Of a stretch of 64,000 bases of DNA, positions 39,201 through 51,800 are shown one piece after another. A model generated the notes under the pieces. The model did not search any database. It saw nothing but the letters and a program-made list of their open reading frames with translations, and was not told the origin of the DNA. Within the stretch, counting starts at the first letter, position 1, and each line of letters starts with the position of its first letter. The DNA comes from Malacoraja senta (lineage: Eukaryota). The stretch is taken from contig CM075995.1 in the NCBI GenBank assembly GCA_038087875.1, positions 6,698,001 to 6,762,000 of the forward strand, written 5' to 3'. Position numbers and translations under genes: made by a program.

Positions 39201-40077
39201 GATCAAGGCCCTGTAGAAACTTTAGCTTGATGGTGCTGAAGGGAGGAATGCAAAAGAAAGGGTCTCTGGGCAAACTGTACCCAATTGAAAATTCAAAGTA
39301 CTGAACCAAATAATTGTGTGTTACCAATCCACATATTTCTAGACAATACAAAATAGTTAGTTAGTTTATTGTTATTTTCATGAGTACCGAGGTAAAGTGA
39401 AAAGCTTTTCTTGTTGCATGCTATCCAGTCAGCGAAGAAACTATACATGATTACAATCAAGCTATCCACAGTGTACAGATACAGCATAAAGGATATAACA
39501 TTTAATTCACGATAAAATCCACTAAAGTCATATTAAAAAATAGTTTGAATGTCCTCTATGAGGTAGATGGGAGATCAGGACCACTCTCTTTAGACTTTAC
39601 GTTAGCTTTTATAGATATAGCGTGGAAACAGGCGCCTTTAGCCCACCGAGTCCGCGCCGACCGGCGACCCCCATAAACCAGCACTCTAGGGACAATTTAC
39701 AGAAGCCAATTAACCTACAAACCTGTATGCTTTTGGAGTGTGGGAGGAAACTGGAGCACCCGGTTGAAAACCCAAACGGTCACGGGGAGAACGTTATAAA
39801 CGCCGTACTGACAGCACCCGTAGTCAGGATCAAACCCGGGTCTCTGGGGCTGCAAGGCAGCAACTTTACCGTTGCGCCACCATGCCACCCTAAAACACTC
39901 TCAAGTTGGTGAGAGGATGGTTCAATTTCCTAATAACTGGGAAGAAACTGTTCCTGAATCTGGAGGTGTGCATTTTCAAGACACCCTGCACCATCTTTCA
40001 AACATTAGGAGCATTGCCTGAAGACAAACTCACTCAAGCTAATCAGTCTATTAAACATGGAATAAACAGATGATTAC

Positions 40078-40128
40078 CTTGACTTCTTAACTTTTACTTC
40101 TTTGGATTTGTCACTTAGCGTCTTTAAA
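40078..40128 (-). CDS. DTNBP1: Dysbindin-1 coding exon 2 (51 bp; xLKTLSDKSKEVKVKKSR)
   Basis: Acceptor ttctaatttcAG and donor GTaatca. Translation resembles human dysbindin LKTLSDKSREAKVKSKPR (recalled). Phase 2/2 joins exon 3 in frame. Confidence 0.93.
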
Positions 40129-42519
40129 CTGAAATTAGAAATAAGAAAATAATTAATATAACAATGGCAAAGCTGGTAGAGCTCCTACCTCACTGCGCAA
40201 GAGACTCAGGTTTGATCCTGACCTAGAGTGTTGTCGGTGTGGAGTTTGCATGTTCTCCCTGTGACTGCGTAAGTTTCCTCCCTCATCTCAAAGAAGTGCA
40301 GGATTGTCGGTTAATTATTCTCTGAAATTGCGTAGGGAGTGGATGAGAACACGGGATAACATAGAACTGGCGTGAACAGGTGGTTGTGGGTTGGCCTGGA
40401 CTCAGTGGGCCAATGGGCGCTGTTTACCTGCTGCATCACTAAGGTACAATAAGCAGTGCAACAAATGCCAAAGCAGATTCAGCAAGATGTTTAATCGTGC
40501 ACTTTGAGTTTGCAATTCTTTCTATTCTGCCACAGAAGGCTGTGGATGCCAAGTCAATGGATATTATTGAGGCGGAGACTGACAGGTTCTTAATTCGTAA
40601 GGGTGTCAGGGGTTATGGGGAGAAGACAGGGGAATGGGTTTGAGAGGGGAAGAAAGATCAGCCATGATTGAATGGCAGAGTACACTTGATGGGCCAAATA
40701 GCCTAATTCTGCTCCTAGAACTTATTAACTTATTTGCACTTGTGATTCTCCAAAATTGCAAAAGTAAAAAAAGTTCCTATTTAATGATCAGATAAATCAG
40801 TACAAACAAAAGCAGGTTTATTGGCATGAAGATATTCAAAAGGGATCAACACAATAAAAGTACAGTCTACCATGAATTGCGAGTTTAGTTTAGTTTAGAG
40901 ATACAGCGTGGAAACAGGCCCTTCGGCCCACCGGGTCCACGTCGACCAGCGATCCCCACACACAAGAAAGCACTATCCTACACACACTAGGGACAATTCA
41001 CAATTATACCAAGCCAATTAACCGATAAACCTTTGGGGTGTGGGAGGAAACCGGAGATTCCGGAGAAAACCCACGAGTGTCACAGGGAGAACGTACAAAC
41101 TCCGTACAGGCATCACCCGTAGTCAGGATCAAACCCGGGTCTCTGGCGCTGTAAGACAGCAACTCTACCGCTGCACCTCCGTGCAAAGTATTGCAGGAGT
41201 ATGCGAGTTGGCTGCACAAATTTCAAAATTGCCAATTAGATGTTTTTTTTAACACATGACTTAGATTTAGACAGATCGGCACCCTTTGCCAAAGGTTAGA
41301 AGTCGACAAGATATTACTTCATTCCCTGTGCAAATTAAACAAGGCCTGCTCACGGAGATTTGCACTTATTATATACCCACACATGTTACCCGCTTCAATT
41401 CAGCCTTTGAGTTGGAACTTTCCAGACTATTAGAAATGAATGCTCACACATTCACACAGCCAGCTGAAGAGTAATTTGTGCAAACGTCCGAGCCAAGTTT
41501 TACTCCAACTTTTGACGCCATTCATTGAGTACGAGTTATCAGGAGAAAACAGCCTAAGCCGTTTGTTCTGCACTCACATGACCAGCAGGCTGCTTTCATT
41601 CCAGAGATTTGTAAAATAGACAGGGTCCAGTTAAGCCAAAGGCAAAGCGCTGGAGGAACTCAGCAGGTCAGGCAGTAGCTGGGGAGCGATTGGACAGGCA
41701 ACATTGCAAGTCAGGACCCTTCTTCAGACTTCATGGTCCAATTGAGTGTAGTTTCAGAAACACATTATAAATATTTTGAGTATTTCTCCAGCAAAATAAC
41801 ACAAAATACTGTCCCCAAGAAATATGTGTAAGACGCTGTTACTTCCAAGTAACATGCGATAATTATAAACTTACAGGAGATGGGTGGGTGCCATACCTAA
41901 CTCAGGGGTCAGAGCAACCAGCTGTCTTAGAATCATACAGCATAGAAAGAGGCCCTTCGGGCCAACTCTTCCATGTTGTCACCAAGGAACAGGCAATTTC
42001 ATTTACACTGGGCTGGTCTGAACAAATGTTCAGGGAGAGAAGGGGGGCCCCTCCAATCCCCCACCCCAACCCCTCCTACCCCTGCCCCGTTTCTGCCCTA
42101 GTCCCCGCTCTCTTGGTTCAGTCTCTGTCCCTAATACACCGCCTACACCCTGGCCCAACCCCTCCCTGGCTCCCAGCTCCTACTCCCCAGTCTCCTGGCT
42201 CTGCCCCTGTCCCAACCCCCTATCATCGCCCCACACCCCCTCCTCCCGTCCCCAATGCAATGCCCTGCCTGCTGTCCCAGCCCCGTCCTTGCACCCGAGC
42301 CCCTACTCCCCTATCACCTTGCTCTGCCCCTGTCCCAGTGCCCTGTCCCCTGCTTCAGCCCTGTCCCGTCCTTGCACCCAGCCCCTACACCCCTATCTCC
42401 TGGCTCTGCCGCTGTCCCTAATGCACCCACTGCTCAGTCCCCTGCCCCTTATCCCCGCCCCAATGCAACTTCCTGTCCAGCCCCGTCCCTCTCCAATCCC
42501 TGTCCCTTCCCTGTCCAGG

Positions 42520-43260
42520 ACACTGTCCCAGTCCAGTCACTGTCCCTTCACTGTCCCAGTCCATGTCCCTGTCCAGTCACTGTCCCAGTCCATGTCCCTG
42601 TCCAGTCACTGTCCCAGTCCATGTCCCTGTCCCAGTCCAGTCACTGTCCCAGTCCATGTCCCTGTCCAGTCACTGTCCCAGTCCATGTCCCAGTCCATGT
42701 CCCTGTCCAGTCACTGTCCCAGTCCATGTCCCTGTCCCAGTCCAGTCACTGTCCCAGTCCATGTCCCAGTCCATGTCCCTGTCCAGTCACTGTCCCAGTC
42801 CATGTCCAGTCCATGTCCCTGTCCAGTCCATGTCCCAGTCCATGTCCCAGTCCATGTCCCTGTCCAGTCACTGTCCCAGTCCCAGTCCATGTCCATGTCG
42901 TCACTGTCCCTGTCCAGTCACTGTCCCAGTCCATGTCCCTGTCCCTGTCCCAGTCCATGTCCCTGCCCCAGTCAAGTCACTGTCCCAGTTAATGTCCCTG
43001 TCCCAGTCCATGTCCCTGTCCCAGTCCATGTCCCTGTCCCAATCACTGTCCCGTCACTGTCCCTCTCCAGTCCCAGTCTTCCCCTGTCCCGTCCCCGTCA
43101 CTGTTCTTGTCCAGTCACTGCCCCTGTCCTGTCCCTGTCCCTGTCTCAGTCCCAGTCCATGTCCCTGTCCCTGTCCAACCATTGTCACTGTCCAGTCCAT
43201 GTCCCTGTCCAGACCCAGTCACTGTCCGTGTCCCTCTCCTGTCCAGTCCCTGTCCCCCTA
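42520..43260 (+). repeat. Hexamer-based satellite-like array (gtccca/gtccct/gtccat/gtcact variants)
   Basis: Read directly; higher-order units such as gtcccagtccatgtccctgtccagtcact. Runs up to the gap. Confidence 0.93.
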
Positions 43261-43306
43261 CCCTCCGTCTCCAATACAACTCCTGCTCCAGTCTCTTGGC
43301 TCTGCC

Positions 43307-43506
43307 NNNNNNNNNNNNNNNNNNNNNNNNNNNNNNNNNNNNNNNNNNNNNNNNNNNNNNNNNNNNNNNNNNNNNNNNNNNNNNNNNNNNNNNNNNNNNN
43401 NNNNNNNNNNNNNNNNNNNNNNNNNNNNNNNNNNNNNNNNNNNNNNNNNNNNNNNNNNNNNNNNNNNNNNNNNNNNNNNNNNNNNNNNNNNNNNNNNNNN
43501 NNNNNN
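43307..43506. other. Assembly gap (200 N)
   Basis: Run of exactly 200 N, typical of a fixed-size scaffolding spacer of unknown true length. Confidence 0.99.
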
Positions 43507-44920
43507 AGAATCCCATGAAGCACAGATGCAATTTCCTGAGATGAGTTGTTGAGTACGCTGGATCTGCCGTCACTCCATGTGGCCAGGGAGGGTCATATCT
43601 TTCAGTCACCCATCTACGCTGTTCTTAGACTAATCTAATCGAACTTTATTGGACTAAGAAGGGAACTTTTTTTTCACCTTCCATCACAGTGAGGAATGTG
43701 GAGGAGTCACTGTGGTGGATGTTTATATTAAAATGTATTTTGTGTGTTCTGTTGCTTTTTATTAGTATGACTGTCTGGCAAATCAAATTCCTCGCATGTT
43801 GCAAAACATACTTCCTCGCATGTTGAAAATTCCTCGTATGTTGCAAAACATACTCCCTGCTACCTTCAGGTAGACTACCTGAAGACTGCAACGACCAGGT
43901 TCAGGAATACCTACTTCCCCACAGCCATCAGGCTATAAAACTTGGCTCGGACAAAACTCTGAACATTAATAGCCCATTATCTGTTATTTGCACTTTATCA
44001 GTTTATTTATTCATGTGTGTATATATTTATATAATGGTATATGGACACACTGATCTGTTTTGTAGTCAATGCCTACTATGTTCTGTTGTGCTGAAGCAAA
44101 GCAAGAATTTCATTGTCCTATCAGGGACACATGACAATAAACTCTCTTGACACTTGACTTGATACTTGGCTAATAAAGTATTATTATGATTATTATGATT
44201 ATGATTCTCTCTATATATTGTCATCAGTTCCCCCAAGATTCCATCACTCACCTAGACATGAGGTGATCTACGGCGATCAATTAACCATACCACACGATAC
44301 GATAGAACTTCATTTATCCCAGGAAGGATATTGATCTGCCAACAGTCATAAAACACGACGAGATATATGAAAAATGAAATTACAGTGACGAGTGGAAAGG
44401 ATTGGGGGATGTGCAAAGATTGGGGAGGGGGGGAGTCTACCCACGACAGAAGGGGGAGGAGTTGTACAGTTTGATAGCCACAGGAAGAAGGATCTCCTGT
44501 GGCGTTCTGTGTTGCATCTTGGTGGAACCAGTCTGTTGCTCCTCAAACTACCAACCCGCACATCTTTGGGATTTCAGTTTCAGTTTCAGTTTAAATTAGC
44601 CTACAAACCCGTACGTCTTTGGAGCGTGGGAGGAAACCGAAGATGTCGGAGAAAACTCCGCGCAGGTCACGGGAAGGACGTACAAACTCCGTACAGACAA
44701 AGACCCGTAGTTGGGATCGAACCCTGGTCTCCAGCGTTCTCAGTGCTGTAAGGCAGCAACTCTACCGCTGCGCCGCCGTGTGGGGGAAAGCAGAGCACCC
44801 GGAGAAATCCCACAGGGAGAACCTGCAAACTCCCACCCCGAGGTCAGGATGAATCCGGGTAAGGCAGCAACTCTAACCTCTAGTCATTGTGCCACCTAAG
44901 GAGGAAACCTTCAATAATTA

Positions 44921-45248
44921 GGGCGGTCACGGTGGCGCAGTGGTAGAGTTGCTGCCTTACAGCGAATACAGCGCCAGAGACTCGGGTTCGATCCGGATTA
45001 CGGGCGCTGTCTGTACGGAGTTTGTACGTTCTCCCGTGACCTGCGCGGGTTTTCTCCGAGATCTTCGGTTTCCTCCCACACTCCAAAGACGTGCAGGTTT
45101 GTAGGATGATTGGCTTGGTAAATGTAAAAATTGTCCCTAGTGGGTGTAGGATAGTGTTAATGTGCGGGGATCGCTGGTCGGCGCGGACTCGGTGGGCCGA
45201 AGGGCCTGTTTACGTGCTGTATCTCTAAACTAGACTAAACTAAACTAA
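44921..45248 (+). mobile_element. Full-length HE1-type tRNA-derived SINE (representative of dozens of copies, e.g. 651-929 -, 55832-56168 -)
   Basis: A-box tggcgcagtgg, B-box ggttcgatcc, central ggtttcctcccacactccaaagac domain, CR1-like tail gggccgaagggcctgttt...(taaac)n. Flanked by aataatt repeats. Confidence 0.9.
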
Positions 45249-46355
45249 TCTAATAATTCCTCTATTGCTATGTGTTTCCAACTAGTACAAACAGAAGGGG
45301 GCTTCAAAAGAAAAACGCGCGCAAAAATTCCCTGATGATAATTCTTTTTTATGACGTTCAACTTCAGACCTCATCACTTTGGGACGAATTTCTTTAGACA
45401 GAGTCATAGTCATAGAGTGATACAGCATGGAAACAGGCCCTTTGGCCCAACTTGCCCACATCAGCCAACATGTCCCAGCTAACCTAGTCCCACCTGCCCG
45501 TGTTTGGTCCGCATCCCTCCAAACCTGTCCTAACTATCCAGGGGGTGGTGAATCTGCGGAATTCTTTGCCACAGAAGGCTGTGGAGGCCGAGTCAATGGA
45601 TATTTTTAAGGCAGAGACAGAGCGATTCTCGGTTAGTACGGGGGTCAAGGGGCTATGGGGAGAAGGCAGGAGAATGGGATTAGGAGAGTTAGATCAGCCA
45701 TGATTGAATGGCAGAATAGACTTGATGGGCCAAATGGCCTCATTCTGCTGTCACTTATGAACTTATGAACCATTGGATTATATTGGGATCTTAAGGAGTT
45801 GCTGCCTCAAAAAGGCAGCCAGCATCGTCATAGACCCACACCACCCTGGCCACACACTCATTTCACCCCTGCCATTGGGAAGAAGGTACAGGAGCCTGAA
45901 AACTGTAACGCCCAGGATCAGGAACAGCTTCTTCCCTGCAGCCATCAGGCACTTGGACATCACAAAGCACTAACTAAACCATGAACTCCAGACTGTCTTG
46001 TTTGCAGGAAACGCTTGAGACATTATCTGTGCTTCTCTTTCCACAGATGCTGCCCAACCTGCTGAGTGTTTTCCTGCACTTTCCGTTTTTATTTCAGGTT
46101 GCCAGCATCTGCAATGGTTTTGATTTTTAGTTCCTGAAGGGCTTGTCCCTCTTGGCCGTCATTTACACGACAGGCCGGTAGTGACTGATGCGCGACGTCG
46201 AGCGACGGTCGCGCGCGTCATCATGCGTCCGCACAGCCGTCTGAAGCGCGGGACGTCATTTGAAGATGGACACAAAATGCAGGAGTAACTCAGCAGGACC
46301 GGCAGCATCTCTGGAGCGAAGGAATGGATGATGTTTCGGGTCCAGACTCTACTTC

Positions 46356-46390
46356 AGTCTGAAGAAGGGTCTCGACCCGAAACGTCACCC
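46356..46390 (+). ncRNA. Minimal hammerhead ribozyme motif (Penelope-associated)
   Basis: agt-CTGAAGA-a-GGGTC-tc-GACCC-GAAAC-GTC-acc: CUGANGA box, stem II, GAAA box, very short stem III and GUC cleavage triplet. Activity not shown. Confidence 0.65.
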
Positions 46391-46469
46391 ATTGCTTCTC
46401 TCCAGAGATGCTGCCGGGCCCGCTGAGTTACTCCAGCATTTTGTGTCTATCTCCAATCGTCTTGGCCCC

Positions 46470-46509
<40 letters not shown>

Positions 46510-46606
46510 CCGTAAATGTTTTTTTATTAGATTTTTAAACAAATGTACAATTTACAAGGAAGGGTAGAAAGCTCACACAATTTTAAAAACCATTTACACA
46601 TAATTA

Positions 46607-48730
46607 TCAAATTAAAATATTAACATTTTTATCTATAATATATTCAACCTCCTGCGGTGACCAGCGTTCACAGAAGGCCTCCACAGTCCCCGTGGACACC
46701 GCGTGTTCCCTCTCTAGGGACACGCGGGCACGGACGTAACCCCGGAAAAGGGGCAGGCAGCCGACCGCTGTGCGGCCGTCGACCGCCCGCTGCCTGGACC
46801 CGCGAATGGCCATCTTGGCCAGGCCCAGGAGCAGACCGACAGGGAGACCCCCTCCTCCCTCCCGACCCTCCCCCCCCTGTACCGGGTGCCCATAAATTAA
46901 TAGCGTTGGACTAAAATGTAGCCAAAACTTGAGGAGCAGCCCTTTCAGATACTCGAACAGGGGCTGCAACCTCTCGCACTCTATATACACGTGGAACACG
47001 GTCTCTTCCTCACCGCAGAAATGACAAGCAGGGGAAGAGTCCGTGAACCGGCTCAAGTACCTATTACAGGCCACGGCTTTGTGCAAAACTCTCCACCCCA
47101 GGTCCCCGATGTAAAGGGGGAGGACTCCCTTGTAGAGATACCTCCACTGGGGACCGCTCCCCTCGTCAGGTGGTAACACGGACCGCCAGGGTGTGTCTGG
47201 ACGGAAGACGAGGGCGAGGAAGTGGAGAGTGTGCAAGAGCAGCCTGTACAGTACTCGCCTCTCCGCGCCACGGAATGGCACACTGGGCATCTCAGAAAGG
47301 CGGCTCATGTTGCATGGGGCCGGCTCTCGGGGAGGGTCCCGGGCCATGGGCCCTATGAACAATTCCGACTGAGCGGGGGTAAGCTCGTCCGGAATCGCTC
47401 CATGCACACGCCTCTCCTCGATACCCACCGTCACAGCCACGACACCCCCCTCCCCCTGAGGAGCAGGGCCCTGGCTGAAGGTGACCAAATTCCTGGCCTT
47501 CAGGACTTCACGGTAAAAGCCAGGCAACTCCCGCCTAGCGCGTCGACTCATGCCCGCTACCGGGAGCCGGGAGCCCTCCTGAAGGCACCGCCCCTGACGG
47601 AAAAAGTACGTCGCCAGCACGTGCCATTTAGGAGGGTAGTCCGAGTAGACGTACCTCCGCAGGGTCCTGAGTCGGAGAGCCGCCACCTGGGTACGAATAC
47701 AGACCAGCGCCTGACCACCCTCCTCCAACGGGAGACTCAGAACCCCAGCAGAGACCCAGTGGTTCCTCTCCCCCCAGAAGAAGTTGACCAATCTCCTCTG
47801 TAACATGGTTATAAAATAAGAGGATGGGACCATAGTGGCCATCCGGTACCACAGTAGAGAGGCCACCAGCTGGTTTATAACTATAGCCCTGCCCCGGTAA
47901 GAGAGCACACCAAGTAGGCCTGACCAACGTCCCAGCCGGGCGACCACTTTCGCCTCCAGCTCCTGCCAGTTCGCCGGCCACCCCTCCTCAGCGGGACTCA
48001 GGTAGACCCCCAGATAAAGGAGGTGCGTGGTACTCCACGCAAAACCTGCCATCTCCTCCGGCAGGGAGTCCACCTGCCACCCACCCATCAAGAGACCAGA
48101 ACACTTCCCCCAGTTGATCCTGGCGGAGGATGCAGCCGAGAAAACCTGCTGGCACTCACGCATCCTCCGCAGGTCAACAGGGTCGGTGAACATCAGAAGG
48201 ACATCATCGGCGTAGGCCGAGAGAACCACCTCCATCCCCGGCCCCGGTAAAGCCAGGCCTGTCAACCGCCTCCGGAGAAGGCACAGGAAAGGCTCGACAC
48301 AGATGGAATACAGCTGGCCGGACATGGGACATCCCTGACGAACCCCCCTCCCAAAGGGAATGGGGGCCAACAATGAGCCGTTGACCTTAACAAGGCATTC
48401 TGCAGCAGTATATAACAGTCGGACCCAGGCCACAAAATGCGGTCCAAATCCGAACGCCTGCAGAGTCCCAAGAAGGTAGTCGTGCTCCACCCTGTCAAAC
48501 GCCTTCTCCTGGTCGAGGGAGAGAAAGGCGACCGACTGACCAGCCCCCTGGGACAGATGGATCAGGTCCCGGAGCAGATGGATATTGTCCTGGATGGACC
48601 GGCCCGGGACTGTGTACGACTGGTCAGGGTGGATCACCTGGGACAGCACGGGACCCAGGCGATTTGCCAATGCCCTTGCAAAGACTTTATAGTCCGTGCT
48701 GAGGAGAGAGACCGGGCGCCAGTTCTTCAA
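46607..48730 (-). pseudogene. Duplicated 3' part of Tx1 ORF2 (RT plus zinc finger), 5'-truncated
   Basis: ORF-track translation is identical to the C-terminal ~707 aa of ORF2, offset by 2265 bp. It begins directly after the poly(A) of the full-length copy. Confidence 0.9.
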
Positions 48731-48871
48731 AAGGCGAAGATCGCCCTTCTTTTTTTTTTTTTTTTTTTTTTTTTCCGTAAATGTTTTTTTATTAGATTTT
48801 TAAACAAATGTACAATTTACAAGGAAGGGTAGAAAGCTCACACAATTTTAAAAACCATTTACACATAATTA

Positions 48872-51800
48872 TCAAATTAAAATATTAACATTTTTATCTA
48901 TAATATATTCAACCTCCTGCGGTGACCAGCGTTCACAGAAGGCCTCCACAGTCCCCGTGGACACCGCGTGTTCCCTCTCTAGGGACACGCGGGCACGGAC
49001 GTAACCCCGGAAAAGGGGCAGGCAGCCGACCGCTGTGCGGCCGTCGACCGCCCGCTGCCTGGACCCGCGAATGGCCATCTTGGCCAGGCCCAGGAGCAGA
49101 CCGACAGGGAGACCCCCTCCTCCCTCCCGACCCTCCCCCCCCTGTACCGGGTGCCCATAAATTAATAGCGTTGGACTAAAATGTAGCCAAAACTTGAGGA
49201 GCAGCCCTTTCAGATACTCGAACAGGGGCTGCAACCTCTCGCACTCTATATACACGTGGAACACGGTCTCTTCCTCACCGCAGAAATGACAAGCAGGGGA
49301 AGAGTCCGTGAACCGGCTCAAGTACCTATTACAGGCCACGGCTTTGTGCAAAACTCTCCACCCCAGGTCCCCGATGTAAAGGGGGAGGACTCCCTTGTAG
49401 AGATACCTCCACTGGGGACCGCTCCCCTCGTCAGGTGGTAACACGGACCGCCAGGGTGTGTCTGGACGGAAGACGAGGGCGAGGAAGTGGAGAGTGTGCA
49501 AGAGCAGCCTGTACAGTACTCGCCTCTCCGCGCCACGGAATGGCACACTGGGCATCTCAGAAAGGCGGCTCATGTTGCATGGGGCCGGCTCTCGGGGAGG
49601 GTCCCGGGCCATGGGCCCTATGAACAATTCCGACTGAGCGGGGGTAAGCTCGTCCGGAATCGCTCCATGCACACGCCTCTCCTCGATACCCACCGTCACA
49701 GCCACGACACCCCCCTCCCCCTGAGGAGCAGGGCCCTGGCTGAAGGTGACCAAATTCCTGGCCTTCAGGACTTCACGGTAAAAGCCAGGCAACTCCCGCC
49801 TAGCGCGTCGACTCATGCCCGCTACCGGGAGCCGGGAGCCCTCCTGAAGGCACCGCCCCTGACGGAAAAAGTACGTCGCCAGCACGTGCCATTTAGGAGG
49901 GTAGTCCGAGTAGACGTACCTCCGCAGGGTCCTGAGTCGGAGAGCCGCCACCTGGGTACGAATACAGACCAGCGCCTGACCACCCTCCTCCAACGGGAGA
50001 CTCAGAACCCCAGCAGAGACCCAGTGGTTCCTCTCCCCCCAGAAGAAGTTGACCAATCTCCTCTGTAACATGGTTATAAAATAAGAGGATGGGACCATAG
50101 TGGCCATCCGGTACCACAGTAGAGAGGCCACCAGCTGGTTTATAACTATAGCCCTGCCCCGGTAAGAGAGCACACCAAGTAGGCCTGACCAACGTCCCAG
50201 CCGGGCGACCACTTTCGCCTCCAGCTCCTGCCAGTTCGCCGGCCACCCCTCCTCAGCGGGACTCAGGTAGACCCCCAGATAAAGGAGGTGCGTGGTACTC
50301 CACGCAAAACCTGCCATCTCCTCCGGCAGGGAGTCCACCTGCCACCCACCCATCAAGAGACCAGAACACTTCCCCCAGTTGATCCTGGCGGAGGATGCAG
50401 CCGAGAAAACCTGCTGGCACTCACGCATCCTCCGCAGGTCAACAGGGTCGGTGAACATCAGAAGGACATCATCGGCGTAGGCCGAGAGAACCACCTCCAT
50501 CCCCGGCCCCGGTAAAGCCAGGCCTGTCAACCGCCTCCGGAGAAGGCACAGGAAAGGCTCGACACAGATGGAATACAGCTGGCCGGACATGGGACATCCC
50601 TGACGAACCCCCCTCCCAAAGGGAATGGGGGCCAACAATGAGCCGTTGACCTTAACAAGGCATTCTGCAGCAGTATATAACAGTCGGACCCAGGCCACAA
50701 AATGCGGTCCAAATCCGAACGCCTGCAGAGTCCCAAGAAGGTAGTCGTGCTCCACCCTGTCAAACGCCTTCTCCTGGTCGAGGGAGAGAAAGGCGACCGA
50801 CTGACCAGCCCCCTGGGACAGATGGATCAGGTCCCGGAGCAGATGGATATTGTCCTGGATGGACCGGCCCGGGACTGTGTACGACTGGTCAGGGTGGATC
50901 ACCTGGGACAGCACGGGACCCAGGCGATTTGCCAATGCCCTTGCAAAGACTTTATAGTCCGTGCTGAGGAGAGAGACCGGGCGCCAGTTCTTCAAAAGGC
51001 GAAGATCGCCCTTCTTGGGCAGCAGGACAACAACTGCCCTGCGCCAAGAGAAAGGCATCTCCCCGGTCGCCAGGCTCTCCCCCAGGACCTTCATATAGTC
51101 GCCCCCCAGGACATCCCAGAAGGCTCTAAGGTACTCCACAGTCAGCCCATCCAGCCCTGGAGACTTGCCCCTCCTAAGCTGGTGCAGGGCACCAGTCAAC
51201 TCCTCCAGAGTTAGGGGATCATCCAGGTGTTCAGCCACATCATTGCACACTACGGGTAAGCCCTCCCACAGGACTTCTTGCGCCTCCCCACTCGATGTGC
51301 CAGCTGAGAACAGAGTCCTGTAGAAAGACCGAACCGAGGCACCAATGCTCTCTGGATCTGTGACAGAGGAGCCATCATCCGCAAGCAACTCTACAAGCTG
51401 CCTGCGGGCTCCTCGCCCCTTCTCCAGAGAAAAGAAAAAGGGGGAGGCGCGGTCCAGGTCGTGCAACATCTGGACCCGCGACCTCACATACGCACCCCGG
51501 GACCTCCTAAGCTGCAAGTCCCTCAGTGCTCCCTTCTTCTCCTGGTATTCCTCCCACTCACACGAAGCCCCACCAGTCTGATCCAGATGAGCCTCCGAGT
51601 CGAGCAACTCTCTCTCAAGCCGTCCGATCTCGGATTCCCGCCCCTTGGTCGACCCCCTCGCATAGTCCTGGCAAAACTGACGGACGTAGACTTTCCCCAC
51701 GTCCCACCACTGCCTTAGGGAAAGGAAACGCCCCTGCCTCTCTCTCCACCTCACCCAGAACTGCCTGAATGAATCCCGGAATCGGCAATCCTCCAACAGC

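Noticed and set aside
42520..43260. CRISPR-like array
   Set aside because: Eukaryotic context, no unique spacers; a simple degenerate tandem repeat.
41888..43552. Long Pro/Cys/Ser/Val-rich ORFs (up to 409 aa)
   Set aside because: By-products of a stop-free hexamer satellite that is open in several frames and runs into Ns.
44921..44998. tRNA gene
   Set aside because: The A/B boxes are the head of an HE1 SINE and continue into the SINE body and tail.
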